Assembly: GCA_020431915.1 (NCBI GenBank)
Contig: JAGQHJ010000002.1
Location: forward strand, 49,078 to 113,077
Length of the DNA stretch: 64,000 nucleotides
DNA from: Cyanobacteria bacterium HKST-UBA04
GTDB taxonomy: Bacteria; Cyanobacteriota; Vampirovibrionia; Vampirovibrionales; JAGQHJ01
Direction: 5' to 3'
The position numbers and the translations under genes were made by a program. The notes beneath the pieces are model-generated. The model did no database searches. It was not told where the DNA came from and was given only the letters and a program-made list of their open reading frames with translations. Numbering within the stretch: position 1 is the first letter of the stretch; each line of letters begins with the position of its first letter. Below, piece after piece: positions 48,153 through 57,307 of the stretch.

Positions 48153-49950
48153 CAGGGGGTTTCCTTTCGTACAGCTTGGTCTTCAAGCCGGGGTTAATCC
48201 GCACCAGCGAATACGCGTGGCCCAAACGGACGACGTCCGTGTCGTAAGCCTCAAGCACCTCATTCAGCAACAGGTTCTTGACGACAATGTACAAGGGCCG
48301 TCCCGGCAGGTGCAGGTCATGGTACAACAATTGATCCGTGGTTGTCTCGTTGCCCAGCCGCCTTGGTACAAAATACACCTTGTCCTGGGTATAAAAAACC
48401 AGGCTCGGCTTCTTCGTTTCATAGGTGGTCAACACGGCCCCGTCCGCTTTGGCCAGCTGGGCAGCCCAAACCAGATCCGACTGGATCATGGTCGACACGA
48501 TGGGCGTAATTGTTACAGACAGCAACACCAACAAGCCGGCCATGGTAATCACCAGGCCCGTAACCGCTTGAAACGAACGGCGAAACCACCACAGCCCGTT
48601 TACCGCCAGCAAGCCGACCGTCACCCAGATGGCCGTCATACGAAAGGGCCATGGGGTATAAAACGCCTTGACGTTTGCAGGCATCAGGGCCGACAAGTCG
48701 CAGAACGTGGCCACCAAGGCTGCCCCAAAAATCACCAGCAGCAGCCCCAGCATCACCTGCACACTGCCGCGCTCAAACCGCGGCACAGCAGGGTCGGCCA
48801 CCTCGACACCCTGGCCGGTCGTGTCGGCCAAGCCGTCCTCAAACCACGTAGCGGCATACCATGCCAACAGCAGGGTCAACGGCACAAAGGCCGGCAGAAT
48901 GTAGGTCAGCAACTTGGTGTTGGAAGCCGAGAAGAACAGGAAAATCGTCACGAAGCCAATCAGGCTGTACAGCACCAGTGGCGGCCATTGCCCCAGCAGC
49001 CGGCGTTTCAGGTGGCTGGCAGCACGGCACAAGGCACCGGGTAAAAAAGCCACCCATGGCACACTACCGGCCAGCACCACCGGGACAAAATAGAACCATG
49101 CCCCCTTGTGGCCGGATACCGTCGAGGTAAACCGCTTCAGGTTGTGCTTGAACACAAACTCCTGAACAAACTCGGTGGGGTTGGCCTGATTAACCGCCCA
49201 ATACCACGGGGCCGCAATACACAGGGCCAGCACAAGGCCACCCCAGAACCAGGCCGACCGTACATGCACCCACCACTGCCGCCAATCCAGGCCAAACCGT
49301 GTGGCGGCAAACAGCAGGTATACCAGGCCAGGCAAAGCCAAAGCAACCGGCCCCTTGGTTAGCAGCCCCAGGCCGCAGAAGACACCGGCCAGCATATACC
49401 ACCGCACCGAGGCCATCAGGCCCAGGTACAAGCATAGTCCCATCAGGCTCATGCAGGCCGTCAGGGTCATATCGGTAATGGCCCAGCGCGCCATGAAAAA
49501 CGGTTCGACCATGGTGGCAAACACCGCCACAGCCAGCCATGGCAGCACACTGGGCGCACGGCCTGCCCTGACTTCATGCTGGGCCGTGGCGTACATGCCC
49601 AGCGCCACCATCGTGGCCGCCAGGGCACTAACCAACCGGGCCGAAAAAACAGACACCCCAAACAGCTGATACATCAAGGCAATGAGCCAATAAAACAGCA
49701 CCGGCTTATCGAAGCGCTTCACATGGTTGAAATACGGGGTAATCCAATCACCCGGCGCACTAATCATCTCGCGGGCCGTCTCGGCATACCGGGGCTCGTC
49801 CACGTCAAACAACGGATAGTTGGCAGTGTTCAGGGTAAACAAGGCCAGCAGCCCCACAGCCAGTAACGCCACACGAAACCATTCCTGGCTCAGCAGCGAC
49901 CGCATGCCGTCAAATACAGGCCGGTGAAGTTTTTGGGCGGATTGAAGCAA
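48124..49950 (-). CDS. ArnT/PMT-family (GT83/GT39-like) polyprenyl-phosphate-sugar-dependent glycosyltransferase
   Basis: N-terminal motif (LFDVDEPRYAETAREM...FNHVKRFDKPVLFYWL) and about 12 TM helices. Confidence 0.75.
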   Translation of the reverse strand: MLQSAQKLHRPVFDGMRSLLSQEWFRVALLAVGLLALFTLNTANYPLFDVDEPRYAETAREMISAPGDWITPYFNHVKRFDKPVLFYWLIALMYQLFGVSVFSARLVSALAATMVALGMYATAQHEVRAGRAPSVLPWLAVAVFATMVEPFFMARWAITDMTLTACMSLMGLCLYLGLMASVRWYMLAGVFCGLGLLTKGPVALALPGLVYLLFAATRFGLDWRQWWVHVRSAWFWGGLVLALCIAAPWYWAVNQANPTEFVQEFVFKHNLKRFTSTVSGHKGAWFYFVPVVLAGSVPWVAFLPGALCRAASHLKRRLLGQWPPLVLYSLIGFVTIFLFFSASNTKLLTYILPAFVPLTLLLAWYAATWFEDGLADTTGQGVEVADPAVPRFERGSVQVMLGLLLVIFGAALVATFCDLSALMPANVKAFYTPWPFRMTAIWVTVGLLAVNGLWWFRRSFQAVTGLVITMAGLLVLLSVTITPIVSTMIQSDLVWAAQLAKADGAVLTTYETKKPSLVFYTQDKVYFVPRRLGNETTTDQLLYHDLHLPGRPLYIVVKNLLLNEVLEAYDTDVVRLGHAYSLVRINPGLKTKLYERKPPVDLSDLPNQ

Positions 49951-50070
49951 AAGAAAGGCTTCCCATTAATTACGGTTGGCCGAAAATAAGGGCCTGCAGG
50001 CTGGTTCAGTGGCTCATCATCCCTTAACACAGCCCTTGTTTCAAGCCACGCTTGGTATATTATTACACTC

Positions 50071-50991
50071 ATGAATATCCCCTTTACAAAAATGCACGGC
50101 CTCGGCAACGACTTCATCCTGGTCGAAGAAGATCAGTTGCCCCTGGACATCGATTTGCCCGATCTGGCCCAGCGGTTGTGCAACCGTCATTTTGGTATTG
50201 GCGCCGACGGCCTGATCATTGTTTCGCCCCCCACCACGGCCGATTTCCAGATACAAATGAAAATTTATAACGCCGACGGCTCGGTGGCCGAAATGTGCGG
50301 TAACGGCCTCCGGTGCTTCGCCCGCTACGTCAAGGATCAAGGCCTGGTCACCCAACCCGCGTTTGTGGTGGAAACCCTGGCCGGTCCCATCAAACCCAAA
50401 ATAAATGCCAACCTGATGGTTACCGTAGACATGGGCAAGCCCATCCTCAAGCCGGCCGATGTCCCCGTTCGCCTGCCCCACCGGGACGGCAAAACGGACA
50501 CCGACCCCGTCCTGAACGAGGCCCTGCATATCAACGACGAATTAACGGTCTTTATTTCCGCCGTGAGCATGGGTAACCCGCATTGCATCATTTTTGATCA
50601 GCCGAACCAGCCGGCCGGTTCGTGGATGGCCAACTGGAAACAACTAGGCCCCATTATTGAAACCCACCAAGCTTTTCCGGCCAAAACCAACGTACACTTC
50701 TGCCGTATCGTCAACCGTAACTTGGTAGAGGTCAACGTGTGGGAACGCGGCGCCGGAACCACGCTGGCTTGCGGGACCGGCGCATGTGCCATTGCCGTGG
50801 CCGGCCAGCTCAACGGATGGCTCGACGAAACGGTTACCATCAAGCTGCCAGGTGGTCCGCTCGACATTACCTGGAACGGTTTGACCAACCCGTCGTCTCA
50901 AGTGGTGATGACAGGACCCGCCGCCTACGTATTTGCAGGCATGTTTCCCATTGGCCAGACCGCCGAAACTCCCATGGCCGAGGCGTTGTAA
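50071..50991 (+). CDS. dapF: Diaminopimelate epimerase
   Basis: MHGLGNDFILV... and the catalytic Cys motif (MCGNGLRCFARYV). Confidence 0.9.
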   Translation: MNIPFTKMHGLGNDFILVEEDQLPLDIDLPDLAQRLCNRHFGIGADGLIIVSPPTTADFQIQMKIYNADGSVAEMCGNGLRCFARYVKDQGLVTQPAFVVETLAGPIKPKINANLMVTVDMGKPILKPADVPVRLPHRDGKTDTDPVLNEALHINDELTVFISAVSMGNPHCIIFDQPNQPAGSWMANWKQLGPIIETHQAFPAKTNVHFCRIVNRNLVEVNVWERGAGTTLACGTGACAIAVAGQLNGWLDETVTIKLPGGPLDITWNGLTNPSSQVVMTGPAAYVFAGMFPIGQTAETPMAEAL

Positions 50992-51087
50992 GCGCTCCCC
51001 CTTTTTCGTGCGCGCCTCGCATTACATAACGCGTGCCGCGCATTTAAAGCACACAAAGAAAGGAATAACCAACCCATGTGGTGTCTG

Positions 51088-52788
51088 ATGAAACGGTTTA
51101 CTTTTGCCTTGCTTCTACCGTTGGCATGCGCCCTGGCCACGCTGTCGGCGGGTCCAGCCAACAATGCCTATGCCGAACTGGACTTCACCTGGACCCGCGA
51201 ACTGACCGCCCTGTTCAAGCCGTACACGAACCACGTCAGTGTCACCCAGGACGGATGGGTTTTAATCGGTTCGGCCAAGGGCCGGGCAGATGAACAGGAA
51301 AGCTACCTGATTGCCAATCCCGAATCACCAACCGAGGTGGAGCAGCTGGCCTTTACCGATCCCCCGTCGCCCAAGGATACCCCATGGCCCGATATGCTCG
51401 AGCTCAATGACGGGCATCTGCTGGTTAAACTGGTTGAATTGCCCAATGGCCGGCCTTCCCTGCCCCTGGTCGGCAGCCTGCCCTTTAAGTACAAAACCAA
51501 GTCCTTTGTACAGAACGCCCACCTCCCAAAAGATCTGCTGGTGCCCGCCCCCTGGAAGACCCTGATGGGTAACCTGATTAACCAGACCATGGCCTCGAAT
51601 GCCTCAAAATCAGCCCCCCCTCAGTTTGATCCGCTGTTGATCATCCACCCGGATCAAAAACGCCTGATGCTTTGGAACCTGCAGGACGGCAGCCCCATTA
51701 CCGGCTTAAGCTTAAGTTGCCACCCGTCGGCTGCCATCGCATCGACCGATGCCAAAACTGCGTGGGTGGGATGCCGCGATTCGGCCCAACTGCTTGAAGT
51801 GGATTTAACCAACGGACAACAAACGGTATTGAGTTTGGGCGCACCCGTGGCTGCCATGCAGCTTGACGACAACAAGCGCTTCTTATGGGTTCGCCACAGC
51901 GATTTCTTTACCCCCGCCACCGCCGAAACCCCGGAACAACCCGAAGACACCGCTGGCGGCAGACTGTTTTCACGTCACAAGGAAGCCGCCGCCGAAGCGC
52001 CTGAGCCAGCCAACCTGACCATCTTTTCTCTTGACGACAACACGCTGTCACCCAAAACAACCGCCACGTTGCCCGAACTAAGATCATTGGTCATGTCGGG
52101 CTACCGCCAACAAGCCTACGGTCTGAGCAAGGATGGCGACGTGTTGTACATCTTCTGGCTGTTCAACGGCCAAAGCAAACAAGCCATGGCCATGCCCGAG
52201 GGAATAAAAATGGACCGGCTGCATCTGCACCAACAAAAACTACTGTGGCTAACCAGTGCCGAACAGAAAAAAATGCTGGCCTTTGACGTTCGCTGGCAAG
52301 AGTTCACCCCCTTTCAACAGCTGGATCGGGGTCCCGTTCAGCTCTCCAGCCTGGGCAGCATCCTGGTTATGCTCGACGACCATGGGCAACTGTCGCAAAT
52401 TGATCCCAAAAAACGGCACCTCTACCCGTTAACCAACGGCATTGATCTACCGACTCAACCATTCAAGCTGCTCCCGGTAACCGCCACAGCGGCAGGCCAA
52501 CCGGCCCTGATGATGGTGCCTGAGCAAAGCCGCAAGGTAACCGAAATTTTTCTGAACCAGCAAACCGCCCAGTCTTTTGTACTGCCTTCCGATGCGTGGC
52601 AGGTGGAAGGCTGGATGGAAAAACCGGCTAGCAGCCAGACTGCAAAGGCGACGATACGATTTCAAGACGGCCGCTTGTTGATTCAAGAGTTGCCGTCACT
52701 CCAATTGGCACCGTCACATTCTGACACCCATGACCAATCGAAAACCCCAGACCCGTCGGAACCTTCAGATCCGCCGTCAGCTCCCTGA
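51088..52788 (+). CDS. Secreted hypothetical protein, probably beta-propeller-like (YncE-like repeats)
   Basis: Signal peptide (MKRFTFALLLPLACALATLSAG). Its low-complexity P/S/D-rich C-terminus overlaps the ldcA 3' end by about 160 nt. Confidence 0.45.
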   Translation: MKRFTFALLLPLACALATLSAGPANNAYAELDFTWTRELTALFKPYTNHVSVTQDGWVLIGSAKGRADEQESYLIANPESPTEVEQLAFTDPPSPKDTPWPDMLELNDGHLLVKLVELPNGRPSLPLVGSLPFKYKTKSFVQNAHLPKDLLVPAPWKTLMGNLINQTMASNASKSAPPQFDPLLIIHPDQKRLMLWNLQDGSPITGLSLSCHPSAAIASTDAKTAWVGCRDSAQLLEVDLTNGQQTVLSLGAPVAAMQLDDNKRFLWVRHSDFFTPATAETPEQPEDTAGGRLFSRHKEAAAEAPEPANLTIFSLDDNTLSPKTTATLPELRSLVMSGYRQQAYGLSKDGDVLYIFWLFNGQSKQAMAMPEGIKMDRLHLHQQKLLWLTSAEQKKMLAFDVRWQEFTPFQQLDRGPVQLSSLGSILVMLDDHGQLSQIDPKKRHLYPLTNGIDLPTQPFKLLPVTATAAGQPALMMVPEQSRKVTEIFLNQQTAQSFVLPSDAWQVEGWMEKPASSQTAKATIRFQDGRLLIQELPSLQLAPSHSDTHDQSKTPDPSEPSDPPSAP

Positions 52789-53623
52789 AGAAATCAGCCA
52801 AGTTGTAATCCGGCCATAGCCCGGCGTCGCTAATTTCGATAAAATCGCCCAGCAACAGCCCGGCAATGCCGTCGAGCATTCCGCTTAATCGAAGTTGCTG
52901 CCACTGACGGTCGAGGGTATAGAACTGCTCGTGCCAATCCTCGATAAACAACAAGGCTCCCTCCAGGTTGGGTTGCCACGGCGTTCCGCACAGGGACGAC
53001 AACAGGGAGATGTTGCCCCCCATCAACCGTCCTTCGGCACGCCCCGGATGCAGGCACTGGTAAGGGGACTGGTTCGGCAACACGTAGGGATACTGGTGAA
53101 CCCCGCCAATCATGTTCCACAACTGTTGCTGGCTAAAGGCATCCTGCTCAATCAGGTTGCTCGTCAGCATGGGCCCATGGAACCCGACCAAACCGGCCTG
53201 TTCGACCATGGGCAACAGCAGGGTGGTTAAATCGCTAAACCCCACAAACACCTTGGGGTTGGCCCGAACCACCGACCAATCGATTTTATCGAGCAGGCGC
53301 AGGCACCCGTACCCGCCACGGGCACAGAGGATACCGTCAATACTGTCGTCGGCAAAGGCGGCATGAAAGTCGGCCAACCGGCCCTCGTCGTCTCCGGCCA
53401 GGTAGTATCGTTTGGCCTGGGCATGGGGCATCAGGCGCACCGTGTACCCGCATTGCTCAAGGTAAGCCACACCTGCTGCAAACGCCTCGTCAGAGCTGGG
53501 CGCCGCCGGTGAAATTACGGCCAGGGTATCGCCAGGACGCACGGGCTTGGCCAGCTGCATGGGCTGCACCGCGGCCTTGGTCGCTTTAGTCGTCTTGGTT
53601 GATGTGCGTGAAGAGGAAGCCAT
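52628..53623 (-). CDS. ldcA: LD-carboxypeptidase (peptidase S66, muramoyltetrapeptide carboxypeptidase)
   Basis: GDTLAVISPA..., the catalytic Ser region (LCARGGYGCLRLL) and E/H motifs. The true start may be the internal ATG at about 53560. Confidence 0.8.
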   Translation of the reverse strand: MASSSRTSTKTTKATKAAVQPMQLAKPVRPGDTLAVISPAAPSSDEAFAAGVAYLEQCGYTVRLMPHAQAKRYYLAGDDEGRLADFHAAFADDSIDGILCARGGYGCLRLLDKIDWSVVRANPKVFVGFSDLTTLLLPMVEQAGLVGFHGPMLTSNLIEQDAFSQQQLWNMIGGVHQYPYVLPNQSPYQCLHPGRAEGRLMGGNISLLSSLCGTPWQPNLEGALLFIEDWHEQFYTLDRQWQQLRLSGMLDGIAGLLLGDFIEISDAGLWPDYNLADFFRELTADLKVPTGLGFSIGHGCQNVTVPIGVTATLESTSGRLEIVSSPLQSGC

Positions 53624-53712
53624 GGCTTCTATTATGAAGCCCCGACAGCCGGTTGTGCAATCTCGCCGTTACACGTGCGTACGCGGGCGCGCACGTGTAA
53701 TTGGTAAACGGG

Positions 53713-54651
53713 TTACTTCTCGGCTCTGTAGTGGGGGTGCCAGGCACGGACTTCGGCCTTCATCGACTCAAGATCTTCCAGGGAAATCAGGGCCATCCCA
53801 CTGTCATCCAGCTCAGCCAGATCCGTATCCGGTTCATGATCAATCATCACGTCAGCCGGATCAATCAAGTACGGGGTGCTGTCGGTCGGGTCAATGCGAT
53901 AGAAACCGGTCAACTGGTTTTTCTCGGTTCCGTCAGATTGAACCACCCGTTGCTGCCCTACAAAAACCGGCTGTTCGCCGTGAGCATACTTCAGGCCATC
54001 CTTCAGGACCACGGAACCGTAACCATCCACTTCGCTGTCTTGTGCCGGGCCGGATTTACCGAAGCCCAGCAGGTTGGCAACCCCTAACAGGGCCAGGGCA
54101 CGAACCACCCATTTTGCAGCCGTCCGAAGGAAGCCGCCCTTTTTGGCGGGCTGATCGGCCATCGGCTGGGCAAAGTCCTGACTGTAGGAATCCATGGGTT
54201 GGAACGTTTCGGCCGACTCAGGCGGGGCGGAAACCGGCGAACTAAACGTATCGGCCGTCGGCGGAGGAACCGCATCGAACCCGCCTTGCGGGCTCAGTCC
54301 ACCACCAGCACCCTGAAGCAATTGCGCCAAGGCAGCCATATCCGGGCCGGCCTGCGGCTGGGGCGGGGCGGCAACCGGCGGCTGGTAGGCTGGTTGCGGG
54401 TAAGCTTGTTGATAAGCCTGGGGGTAAGACTGCTGAGCATAAGACTGCGGGTAAGCCGGCGCAGCCGTATAGCCGGACGCGTAGCCTTGGGGTTGCTGCT
54501 GCTGCGGGTAACCATAAGAAGACGACGTGCCATAGGACGAAGCAGGGTATGACGCAGTATAACTGGATTGCTGAGGATACTGGTATCCGTAATTGGCGTA
54601 GGGATCAGAAGCCCACGTGTTCATCGAGATGGGGGCATTCATATGATGCAC
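53713..54651 (-). CDS. Membrane protein with a prion-like Q/Y/S/P-rich N-terminus, one TM and a ~110-aa acidic C-terminal domain
   Basis: N-terminus has (YPQ/SY/QQ) repeats, then a P/A-rich linker, a TM (FLRTAAKWVVRALALLGVANLLGF) and a C-terminal domain. It lies directly upstream of ldcA. Confidence 0.5.
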   Translation of the reverse strand: MHHMNAPISMNTWASDPYANYGYQYPQQSSYTASYPASSYGTSSSYGYPQQQQPQGYASGYTAAPAYPQSYAQQSYPQAYQQAYPQPAYQPPVAAPPQPQAGPDMAALAQLLQGAGGGLSPQGGFDAVPPPTADTFSSPVSAPPESAETFQPMDSYSQDFAQPMADQPAKKGGFLRTAAKWVVRALALLGVANLLGFGKSGPAQDSEVDGYGSVVLKDGLKYAHGEQPVFVGQQRVVQSDGTEKNQLTGFYRIDPTDSTPYLIDPADVMIDHEPDTDLAELDDSGMALISLEDLESMKAEVRAWHPHYRAEK

Positions 54652-54951
54652 GTCTCCTTAATTGAGGGGTGGATAGAAAAAAGAGGGGTCTAGCAGAGGT
54701 AAGCAAACAGATGTGAAGATTACCTGATTAAATAAGCCACCTCAAGCGGCAATCATGCCAAGGCCCCTAGATTTGGTTACAAATATTAACAATAAAACAC
54801 CCGCCAAAGGCGGTAACCGCTTTCGATTACGGCCGTCGGCCCACGCCGACGGGTAGACGCAACGACGGTTTGAACGTAGGATGAAGACAGACATGCTGCC
54901 CTTAAGCGCCCCCAAGGCCATTGTCCTGCCAAAAGAAGAAGAACACTGCCC

Positions 54952-55656
54952 ATGATGCCAATGATTGAGTACACCAATACCCCCCTCGTCGCCCCTTCGA
55001 TTTTGTCCGCCAATTTTGCCCACCTTGGCCAGGCCCTGGCCGATCTGGATTCGGCCGGTGCCGACTGGATTCATGTGGACGTGATGGACGGGCATTTCGT
55101 CCCCAACCTCACCATTGGCCCACCCGTCATCAAGCACCTTCGTACACTCACCCAAACCCCGTTTGACGTGCACCTGATGATTGAAGAACCACAACGGTGG
55201 ATCGAACAGTACCGCGATGCCGGGGCGGATATCATTACGGTCCATGCCGAAGCCTGTACCCATTTGCACCGAACCCTGCAACAAATACGGGGCACGGGTG
55301 CCTTGGCCGGTGTCTCGCTGAATCCGGCCACCCCGCTGACAGCCATTGAACACGTGCTCGACGACGTGGATCTGGTTTTAATTATGTCGGTCAACCCTGG
55401 GTTTGGCGGCCAGTCCTTCATCCCCGAAACCCTTAAAAAGCTGCGACAACTTGAGGCCATGCGCGCCGGCCGCCCCTTCTTTATTGAGGTTGATGGCGGC
55501 ATTGGTCCGGCCAATGCCAGCCAGGTTCGGGCAGCCGGCGGACAGGTACTCGTAGCGGGTTCGGCCGTCTTTAACCCCAAAGACGGCGCCTCGATGACCA
55601 CCATCATCGAGAAACTGCGACACCCGGCCAACGGCAAGACCCCGGTTGCCAGTTAA
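54952..55656 (+). CDS. rpe: Ribulose-phosphate 3-epimerase
   Basis: SILSANFAHLGQ...IHVDVMDGHFVPNLTIG motifs. Confidence 0.9.
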   Translation: MMPMIEYTNTPLVAPSILSANFAHLGQALADLDSAGADWIHVDVMDGHFVPNLTIGPPVIKHLRTLTQTPFDVHLMIEEPQRWIEQYRDAGADIITVHAEACTHLHRTLQQIRGTGALAGVSLNPATPLTAIEHVLDDVDLVLIMSVNPGFGGQSFIPETLKKLRQLEAMRAGRPFFIEVDGGIGPANASQVRAAGGQVLVAGSAVFNPKDGASMTTIIEKLRHPANGKTPVAS

Positions 55657-55746
55657 GCACCGCTAAAAAACGCGAACTACACCGGTTGAGGGGTTTTGCT
55701 ACCACCGCCCCCCAACGTTGCGGTCAAAACGGATTACAATCTGGGT

Positions 55747-56721
55747 ATGCACCCCTCTTACCAAAAACTGTTGTGCCTCTGCCTGCTGGTTTCAGGCGTC
55801 GCGTTTGCGTGGCTCAACATCCTGCCAAACCAACCAGCCCAAGCCGCCATTCGCCTTGAAAAGGATCTGTTTGATCCGCGCTCCTCGGAAGGGCAGGGCG
55901 GGGTAAAAATTTCGCGGGTTTATTACGAACCCATAATCCCCACCTATTTGAAATACGATTTCGAGGCCTTCAAAGATTACGGCCGGGACGCCTATTCGCC
56001 CTATGCCAAAATCCAGATTTTTCGCACCCTGTACATCGGTGGCTTGACCGTTGATCCGGGATACTACCTCGTCAAGCTCGACATCGTGGATTACCCTACG
56101 CCCCCGGCCGACCCCAATGCCGGCACCTCCGACGGGCAAGGCCGTCAGGCGAACGGCAACGGCAATCGACGTGGTTTCGTGTTTACCGACTTGCCCCAAA
56201 GCCAAACCGCCCAAACCGATTACGAACGCCGAAGCGGAGAGGAGCCTCATCCGGTCGGTACCAACCCGAAACAAACGTCCCCAGGCGAACGGCCTGATGC
56301 GGCCCCCGGCCTGACACGCGAAACACCCCCTTCCCGCAGCGAGGGCCTGGACATCGGAACCTACCAGCAAACCGTCAACCAGCGCACTGCCAACCACCCC
56401 GGCGAAAACAAACAATCCACCTTCCTCGAGGATCACCTGCCCAAGCTGTTTAAACGGCAACCCAGCTACCCGCCCGTCAGTGCCGCCGATCCCGAAACCA
56501 ACCGAAGCCGCCTGAGCCTGTTGCTGATTGACTCGGGCAATGTGGAAGTGGCTATTCCCGTCTGGTATTCGCGTCAAACCGACATCAAGCACAAGAAAGG
56601 CCGGGCACAAATGATCGTCGAACCCGGCAGCACGCTGGAGCCCGAAATCGTCTACCTGCGGTATTGTGTCAAAAGATACTGCTATCGTTCGGCCACATTG
56701 GCGCCAGGCTTGATACAATAG
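55747..56721 (+). CDS. Secreted hypothetical protein
   Basis: Signal peptide (MHPSYQKLLCLCLLVSGVAFA) and a protein-like body. The long antisense ORF 55792-56718 looks artefactual. Confidence 0.45.
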   Translation: MHPSYQKLLCLCLLVSGVAFAWLNILPNQPAQAAIRLEKDLFDPRSSEGQGGVKISRVYYEPIIPTYLKYDFEAFKDYGRDAYSPYAKIQIFRTLYIGGLTVDPGYYLVKLDIVDYPTPPADPNAGTSDGQGRQANGNGNRRGFVFTDLPQSQTAQTDYERRSGEEPHPVGTNPKQTSPGERPDAAPGLTRETPPSRSEGLDIGTYQQTVNQRTANHPGENKQSTFLEDHLPKLFKRQPSYPPVSAADPETNRSRLSLLLIDSGNVEVAIPVWYSRQTDIKHKKGRAQMIVEPGSTLEPEIVYLRYCVKRYCYRSATLAPGLIQ

Positions 56722-56762
56722 GTTTGGTACAATAAGGTCAGGTCACCCCCAAGGAACCCGCC

Positions 56763-57269
56763 TTGGCCATCTCGACGAGGTGGCGGGATGTGAGGCACAA
56801 CCGACACCTGGTGAAACCTGTACGACAGGTACGACTGGTACGACAGGTACGACCGACGCCTGCCGACACCGAAGGATACGTAACTTCGTTGATTCTCGAA
56901 GCCTTTAGCCACGTGCTTAAGCACGAACATAACCTAACCCGGCAACCGCCCCAGCTCATTCTGCATCGGTGGCTGCTGGCCATGCTGGTCGAGCCACCCG
57001 CCGATGACCCGTGCCTAAAGCCGGCCGACAGCGTGCCAATCGAAGATACCGAAGACACTGGCATCGAAACCATTCCTGATACGGTGGTTAAAAAAGTGCT
57101 GCAAACCGAATTCAACCTGCACTACGTGGACGACTACCCCATCATTACCGCCGCCTCCGCCTCCGGGCAGCGACTGCTAAGCTCCCTGCAATGGTATTGC
57201 GACAGCTACGAGCAATGGCAGTTCCGCCGCTGGCTGCACCAAGCCCAGGTCAATTCGTTTACAACCTAG
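56763..57269 (+). CDS. Hypothetical protein (weak call); contains a VRQVRL repeat from a 9-bp tandem repeat near its 5' end
   Basis: Only the C-terminal half looks protein-like. An alternative minus-strand ORF exists. Confidence 0.25.
   Translation: MAISTRWRDVRHNRHLVKPVRQVRLVRQVRPTPADTEGYVTSLILEAFSHVLKHEHNLTRQPPQLILHRWLLAMLVEPPADDPCLKPADSVPIEDTEDTGIETIPDTVVKKVLQTEFNLHYVDDYPIITAASASGQRLLSSLQWYCDSYEQWQFRRWLHQAQVNSFTT
56820..56855 (+). repeat. 9-bp tandem repeat x4 (GTACGACAG / GTACGACTG / GTACGACAG / GTACGACCG)
   Basis: Read directly from the sequence. Confidence 0.6.
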
Positions 57270-57307
57270 CGCTTTGCACGCAAAAAGCGTGGAAGAAAAC
57301 CACACGC

